Position numbers and translations under genes: made by a program. A model generated the notes under the pieces. The model was not told where the DNA came from. It searched no databases and was given only the letters and a program-made list of their open reading frames with translations. From the NCBI RefSeq assembly GCF_000008665.1, contig NC_000917.1, positions 780,001-812,000 on the forward strand: a stretch of DNA of 32,000 nt. Direction: 5' to 3'. Below are positions 26,763-32,000 of this stretch, piece after piece (positions within the stretch are counted from its first letter, which is position 1; every line of letters starts with the position of its first letter). This DNA is from Archaeoglobus fulgidus DSM 4304 (GTDB taxonomy: Archaea; Halobacteriota; Archaeoglobi; Archaeoglobales; Archaeoglobaceae).

Positions 26763-27571
26763 GGGTCATAAGGGAATTCGACCCGTGGAAATCGCCCCTA
26801 TGCACCTGCCCGGAGAAGTACTCCTTCAACCCCTACACCGGCTGCGCTCACGGCTGCCTTTACTGCTACGCCACCTACATCCCCAGCTTCTTCAAGCTCA
26901 GAGAGAAGAGGAACCTTTTCAGAAATCTTGAGAGAGACCTTCAGGAGCTTCCAGCAAACGCTCTCATCTCAATGTCCAACAGCTCCGACCCCTACCCGCC
27001 AGTTGAGAAAGCAAGGGAGATTACGAGAAAGTGTCTCGAAATCATGAAAGACTACGACGTCAGGGTGATGGTTGTTACGAAGAGCGATATTGTGGTTAGA
27101 GACCTCAGGCTGCTGAGTGAAATGCGAAGTGCGGTCAGCATCACCATAACAGGCCTCGATGAGTTTGAGCCAAACGCTCCACCAACTGAAAAAAGAATAG
27201 AAGCGCTGAAAGCGGTTAAAGATGCGGGAATTCCAGCTGTTCTGCGCTTAGACCCCGTAATTCCGGGAGTGAACGACTCGAAGCTTGATATTATCGAGAA
27301 GGCTATGCCCGACCACGTTGTAACCTCCACCCTTAAACTGAAAGCCGACTCACTGGCAAGAATGGCGAAAAAGCTGCCGTGGCTGAAAAGAATTGAGTTT
27401 GAGAGAAAGGGTGCCTACAGATATTTCCCTGAAGAGGTGCGGAGAAGGGTTCTATTCAAAATAAAGAGCTTCTGTGAAGAAATCGGAGTCGGTGTGGGGT
27501 TCTGCAGGGAAGGTTTCGAATTCCCCTCTAAATCCTGTGACGGTAGTCACCTTATTGACCACGTTAAATAG
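26759..27571 (+). CDS. Radical SAM protein, SplB/DNA-repair-photolyase-like
   Basis: 270-aa ORF with YSFNPYTGCAHGCLYCYATY (CxxxCxxC), SNSSDPYPPVE and VLRLDPVIPG. Overlaps the upstream stop. Confidence 0.87.
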   Translation: MRVIREFDPWKSPLCTCPEKYSFNPYTGCAHGCLYCYATYIPSFFKLREKRNLFRNLERDLQELPANALISMSNSSDPYPPVEKAREITRKCLEIMKDYDVRVMVVTKSDIVVRDLRLLSEMRSAVSITITGLDEFEPNAPPTEKRIEALKAVKDAGIPAVLRLDPVIPGVNDSKLDIIEKAMPDHVVTSTLKLKADSLARMAKKLPWLKRIEFERKGAYRYFPEEVRRRVLFKIKSFCEEIGVGVGFCREGFEFPSKSCDGSHLIDHVK

Positions 27572-27624
27572 ACTGGAAAATTTTTAAATATATGAGGGAA
27601 GAAGACAGAAGAGGAGGTGTAAAA

Positions 27625-28089
27625 TTGAGCCTTACAAGGCTGTTTCTTCATGAAAGAACTGTAGAGATTATTCTTAGAATCCTCAAAGCTGAGGAGAACG
27701 GAGAAAAGATATACCCGCTTCAAATTTCAACTGATATCGGTTCACCGTACAGCTACGTTTCAAAGGTTTTGGGAGAGCTCGAAAAGTGCTCTCTCGTCGA
27801 AAGCAGGCCTGAAGGCAGGATGAGGGTCGTTTCATTGACGCCCTACGGGAAGGTGGTAGCTTCGATGCTCAGGGACCTCTACACAGAGCTTGAAAAGGAC
27901 TTCAACTCAAGAATGAAGCTCGACATCCTCAAGGACGTTTACAGCAATGCAAACGGAGACGTCAGAGTTTACCTTCCCGTAATGGCGGAACTGGAGATGC
28001 TTGCCAAGTCAACTAATGATGGCTTCGTTGTCGAGGAGGCTAAAAAACTGATATCGGAAGTTAAGAGAAAAATAGAGGGGGCGAAATGA
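27625..28089 (+). CDS. Winged-helix transcriptional regulator-like protein
   Basis: SD GGAGGTG precedes TTG 27625. SLTRLFLHERTVEIILRIL...ISTDIGSPYSYVSKVLGELEKCSLVESRPEGRMRVVSLTPYG has MarR/ArsR-like helix-wing layout. Confidence 0.75.
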   Translation: MSLTRLFLHERTVEIILRILKAEENGEKIYPLQISTDIGSPYSYVSKVLGELEKCSLVESRPEGRMRVVSLTPYGKVVASMLRDLYTELEKDFNSRMKLDILKDVYSNANGDVRVYLPVMAELEMLAKSTNDGFVVEEAKKLISEVKRKIEGAK

Positions 28090-29297
28090 GGATTGTGGAG
28101 GCGGTTGAAGACTTCAGAGATGACATGGTCAAAACGCTTTGCGATTTGATTGAAATAAAAGCCATAGCCCCTGAGTTCGGAGGGGACGGGGAGTACAAGA
28201 AGGCGGAGTATTTGATGAAGCACCTCGAAGGTTTTGACAGCGTTGAGAGGTACGACGTTGAGGATGACAGAGTTAGCGACGGTGTGAGGCCCAACATAGT
28301 CGCCAAGGTTAAGGGCGTCCTCGAAAAAACAATCTGGATTGTTGCCCATCTTGACGTCGTTCCCGAGGGTGATGAAAGGCTGTGGGAAACTCCACCCTTC
28401 AAGGGAATCGTTAAGAACGGAAGGATTTACGGAAGGGGAAGCGAGGACAACGGTCAGAGCTTAGTGTCATCGCTTTACGCAGCGAAAGCCATCGTTGAAA
28501 GCGGCCTGACTCCAAAGTACAGCCTCGGCCTTGTTTACGTGGCTGACGAGGAGGCGGGAAGCAACTACGGAATAAAGCACCTTCTCAAGCAGAACATTTT
28601 CGACAGGGAGGACATGTTTGTCGTTCCGGACATCGGAACGCCCAAAGGGGATATGATAGAGATTGCTGAGAAGAGCATTTTGTGGCTGAAGTTCGTCGTT
28701 CACGGTCAGCAGAGCCACGCAAGCATGCCGTCAGGCCTGAACGCAAACAGAAGGGCCATGGAGTTCATACTTGACCTGGACAGAAAGCTTCATTCGAAGT
28801 TCAACGCAAGAAACAGGCTATTCGTTCCGCCCTACTCCACTTTCGAGCCAACAAAGAGGGAGAAGAATGTGGACAACATTAACACCATTCCCGGCCTCGA
28901 CGTGAGCTACATGGACTGCAGGATAATTCCTGACTACGACGTGGAGGAGGTGCTGGACTACATAGAGGACATCAGGAGCTTCCACCAGATGAGGGGCAAC
29001 AGCAAGATTGAAATTGAAGTGGTGCAAAAGGTGTCCTCCCCGCCAACCCCCGAAACAGCCCACATAATCGAAAGGCTGAGACACACGATAGAGGAGCTAA
29101 GAGGTTTCAGGCCGAAGGTTTACGGAATTGGCGGCAACACATGCGCTTCGTTTTTCAGGAAAAGCGGTTTCACCGAAACTGCTGCATGGTGCACCGCAGA
29201 CGGTGTCGCTCACCAGGCAAACGAGTACTGCGTAATAGACAACATGGTTGAGGACGCAAAGGTTTTCGCCCTTCTGCCCTTCGATCCGGGATATTAG
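28086..29297 (+). CDS. M20 (ArgE/DapE/ACY1) family metallopeptidase
   Basis: IVAHLDVVPEGD, GRGSEDNGQ, YVADEEAGS and QQSHASMP; start overlaps the regulator stop (ATGA). Confidence 0.9.
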   Translation: MRIVEAVEDFRDDMVKTLCDLIEIKAIAPEFGGDGEYKKAEYLMKHLEGFDSVERYDVEDDRVSDGVRPNIVAKVKGVLEKTIWIVAHLDVVPEGDERLWETPPFKGIVKNGRIYGRGSEDNGQSLVSSLYAAKAIVESGLTPKYSLGLVYVADEEAGSNYGIKHLLKQNIFDREDMFVVPDIGTPKGDMIEIAEKSILWLKFVVHGQQSHASMPSGLNANRRAMEFILDLDRKLHSKFNARNRLFVPPYSTFEPTKREKNVDNINTIPGLDVSYMDCRIIPDYDVEEVLDYIEDIRSFHQMRGNSKIEIEVVQKVSSPPTPETAHIIERLRHTIEELRGFRPKVYGIGGNTCASFFRKSGFTETAAWCTADGVAHQANEYCVIDNMVEDAKVFALLPFDPGY

Positions 29298-29668
29298 AGT
29301 TCAATTCCACTTATTTTCTCGTAAAAAGCCGAAATCTCCTCGACCTTCGAAATTTCCTTTCTTACGTTGCTGAAAATCTTTCTCTTAATCTCAACGTCCG
29401 GAATCTTTCCGTAAGTTTTCAGAGCTTCTACGAGGCCCTTTTCTATCTCCATTCCTTTTGCATCCGAATCTGTCAGAATTATGACTTTTCTGTCCTTTAA
29501 AGTGTCGGCGGTTGATGCGTAGCCCGTAAACACAACAATCTCACCGCTCACCCCTATCGCCCTCAGAGACCTGACGTCCTTTTTCCCCTCCACCACCACA
29601 ACCCAGCCGTTCTCCGATTTCTCCTTCAGTTCGTCAATGGCTTCAAAAAATGGCTTATAATCCTCCAT
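29294..29668 (-). CDS. Small Toprim-domain protein
   Basis: 124-aa ORF with VVVVEGKKDVRSLRAIG and VIILTDSDAKGMEIEKGL. Confidence 0.87.
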   Translation of the reverse strand: MEDYKPFFEAIDELKEKSENGWVVVVEGKKDVRSLRAIGVSGEIVVFTGYASTADTLKDRKVIILTDSDAKGMEIEKGLVEALKTYGKIPDVEIKRKIFSNVRKEISKVEEISAFYEKISGIEL

Positions 29669-31139
29669 ACCTGATTCCCGGCTCTATCTGAACGATAACG
29701 TCCGCGATAACACCCCTTTTCATCCCTCCTCTGACGACGGTGAAGGAGTTGAAGTAAACAGTCCTGACTTTCCCAAGCTCCTCCTCGCTCGCCCCGAACT
29801 TCTTCGCCACTTCAACGACCTTCTCCTTTGCTACCTCTAGAATCTGCTCATCGTCCGGCAAGCTACCCGGTTTGAAGGGGCAGCTTTCGGTGTGGCCGTT
29901 GTACGCTGCAAAGCACTTTTCCGTATCAATGCGAACGTAGAGAGTGAGGCTCACCCTTGAAACTGCCACACCAACGGCGTTTGCCGACTCGTAGTGGTCA
30001 GGGATTACATATTCAACCCCTGCAGCCTTTGCAACCTCGGGAATGAGATACGGTGCCAGGTAACCCGTGCCTACTATCTTTTTGCAGCCTATCTCCCTCA
30101 CCGTTGTCGCTGCAAGAGAAACAAATTGATTAAGGGCTTTCTCAACGTCACACTCATACTTTCTCGAGCTTCTGTAGTCTCCAATTTCGTATCCAGCGCA
30201 GTTCAAAGCGTCGGTGAGCGTGAAACTCTCTCCTCCAAAGGCGATAGGTTTTGAGCAGACTGGAACGAGCTTTCCGTTTTCAACCACCGAATCCCCACCA
30301 AACGGAATGCTGACAGAGTCAACGCACCTTATCAGCGTCTTCCTTCCGGCAAGCTCTATCCCCTCTACTATCTTCGGCATTCCGTCAATAACCTCAACAA
30401 AGTCCGTTGAAGTCCCCCCTATGTCGACAACCAGAGCGTTCTTCTCCCCCGTCAGATAAACGGCACCAAGAGCCACAGCGGCAGGAGATGAGTTGTACAG
30501 CTCTGAAGGATTGTTGAGGGCTATCGTGTACGGCACAATTCCTCCATCCCCTTTGAAGTAGTAGAAATCCCCGGCATAAGCTTTAATCAGCTCGGTGAGC
30601 CTGTAAACAGTCTCCCTTATTTTGGCGTTTACTACAGTCGTGTGAATTCTCGCAGGATAGTTCATCCCACCTGCATAGTGACTCAGGGCAATTCTGTAGT
30701 CTTCCACATAATTTCTCACAATCTCAGCCACTCTGTCCTCCAGAGAACCGTTTCTGACCGAAAATTTTGATGAAATCGCTACGTTATCGTAGGAATTTTC
30801 CCTGAAGATTGCCGCAATTTCGTACTCATCGATGTCCTCAACAACGTCTCCCCTGTGGTTTACATAGCCCTTCAAAACCTCACCATACTCAGAGTAATTC
30901 AACCCCGGCCCAGGTATTACGAGGCTGAGAGTGCGGGACTCGCTAAACTTTGAAATGATGAGGTTTAACGGCCAGGACGTGCTAACAACAACCTTTTCCT
31001 CGATTAGGTTAGCTTCCTTCGAAATCTCCTTGAGAATTCCACCTATTCCCGCCTCATTCGGGAGCTTAATCGTTTTGATTTCGTCAGAAACAATAGCAGC
31101 GTCCGTGTTGGTTCCACCAACGTCAATCCCAATTATCAT
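29655..31139 (-). CDS. Hydantoinase/oxoprolinase-like protein (HyuA-type)
   Basis: MIIGIDVGGTNTDAAIVS, TTVVNAKI, LVVDIGGTSTDFVEVIDG and IPDHYESANAVGVAVS. Confidence 0.85.
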   Translation of the reverse strand: MIIGIDVGGTNTDAAIVSDEIKTIKLPNEAGIGGILKEISKEANLIEEKVVVSTSWPLNLIISKFSESRTLSLVIPGPGLNYSEYGEVLKGYVNHRGDVVEDIDEYEIAAIFRENSYDNVAISSKFSVRNGSLEDRVAEIVRNYVEDYRIALSHYAGGMNYPARIHTTVVNAKIRETVYRLTELIKAYAGDFYYFKGDGGIVPYTIALNNPSELYNSSPAAVALGAVYLTGEKNALVVDIGGTSTDFVEVIDGMPKIVEGIELAGRKTLIRCVDSVSIPFGGDSVVENGKLVPVCSKPIAFGGESFTLTDALNCAGYEIGDYRSSRKYECDVEKALNQFVSLAATTVREIGCKKIVGTGYLAPYLIPEVAKAAGVEYVIPDHYESANAVGVAVSRVSLTLYVRIDTEKCFAAYNGHTESCPFKPGSLPDDEQILEVAKEKVVEVAKKFGASEEELGKVRTVYFNSFTVVRGGMKRGVIADVIVQIEPGIRYGGL

Positions 31140-31171
31140 TAACTTGACGAATTCGTGTGATTTAAAAAAGC

Positions 31172-32000
31172 TTATCGTTTTTCATGGACAAATAAAATCA
31201 GCACCGCCGAAACCACTGATGCAGCGAGGCAAAAGGAGAACGCGAGTGAGTATGCTTCCGGAGGATAGGAGCCATCAACCATCCCCACCGTGTCCATAAG
31301 ATAGCCCATGAAAACCTGGAAGAGGGCTCCGCCAAAGAAGGGGAAAACGTTTACGATGCTTGTCGCCAGACCGGTAACTTCGAGCGGGTAAGACTCCTTA
31401 ATCAGGGCGTAGGCAACCGGACCCGCAGCGCTGAAAAGGCCAATAAGAAATGATATTGCGTACAGCTGGAATACCGTGAGGCTGGCCGTGAAGAAGACGA
31501 GCGGAGCCATCGTAAAGGTGAATCCGATACCCGCAGCAACGAGGAACCACTTTCTCGTTCTGAAAACCTTGTCTGAGAGGAATCCTATGATTGGCGCTCC
31601 CAGAATCGTTCCGAGACCGACCATCATCAACACACCGCCAGCCTCTTCCCTCTGCATTCCGTAGACGTCCATTAGGTACGGACCACCCCACAGCCCCTGG
31701 TAGCCCATTACGATGCCGTATCTCAGAAAGGCAGACGTGGCGATTAACCAGACAACCGGGTTGAGCACCACCACGCGAAAATTAGTCGCAAACCTCCCAC
31801 CCTCTCTGGACTTTTCCAAAACTCCTCCCGGTGAATCCCTCACGAAAATCCAGCAACTGAGAGCAAGAACAAAGGTAATTGCCCCAATGAAGAGAAACGT
31901 GACCCTCCATCCGAACAGAGAGACCATCGTTGCAAGCGGATAGGCCGAAACTAATGCACCCATATTGCCCACAGCGAACAGCACGCCTGTCAAGGTGGCA
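31172..32000 (-). CDS. Major facilitator superfamily transporter, truncated at the window edge
   Basis: Hydrophobic ORF with GFLSDKVFRTRKWF and multiple TM-like segments. The true N-terminus lies beyond position 32000. Confidence 0.85.
   Translation of the reverse strand, partial: ATLTGVLFAVGNMGALVSAYPLATMVSLFGWRVTFLFIGAITFVLALSCWIFVRDSPGGVLEKSREGGRFATNFRVVVLNPVVWLIATSAFLRYGIVMGYQGLWGGPYLMDVYGMQREEAGGVLMMVGLGTILGAPIIGFLSDKVFRTRKWFLVAAGIGFTFTMAPLVFFTASLTVFQLYAISFLIGLFSAAGPVAYALIKESYPLEVTGLATSIVNVFPFFGGALFQVFMGYLMDTVGMVDGSYPPEAYSLAFSFCLAASVVSAVLILFVHEKR

Overview
This 32 kb archaeal window is consistent with the Archaeoglobus fulgidus chromosome. That identification is an inference from gene content and protein motifs (EndA, F420-dependent NADP reductase, GatD), not a database result. 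Most of it is compact core genome: mptE, thiI, rubredoxin, PAS/GAF sensor proteins, gatD-argH, a [4Fe-4S]-dehydratase-type HpaB/AbfD family enzyme, a divergent SAH-hydrolase paralog facing a BMP-type nucleoside ABC transporter, fno, argS, a TatD-like hydrolase, endA, a DUF84 NTPase, an Spl-like radical SAM protein, a winged-helix regulator, an M20 peptidase, a Toprim protein, a hydantoinase-like protein and an MFS transporter. RNA genes are tRNA-Arg(CCG) on the minus strand, tRNA-Glu(UUC) with a 16-nt BHB intron, and a 310-nt 7S SRP RNA just upstream of argS. The accessory segment is about 20.07-24.48 kb. It is AT-rich and holds a decayed IS-like element (660 bp, with terminal inverted repeats and a 6-bp direct flank repeat), an intact tight two-gene operon of unknown function whose second product carries a candidate PD-(D/E)XK nuclease motif, and a stretch of broken minus-strand coding remnants. 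The two-gene operon is the best candidate for an undescribed system, but its function is speculative.
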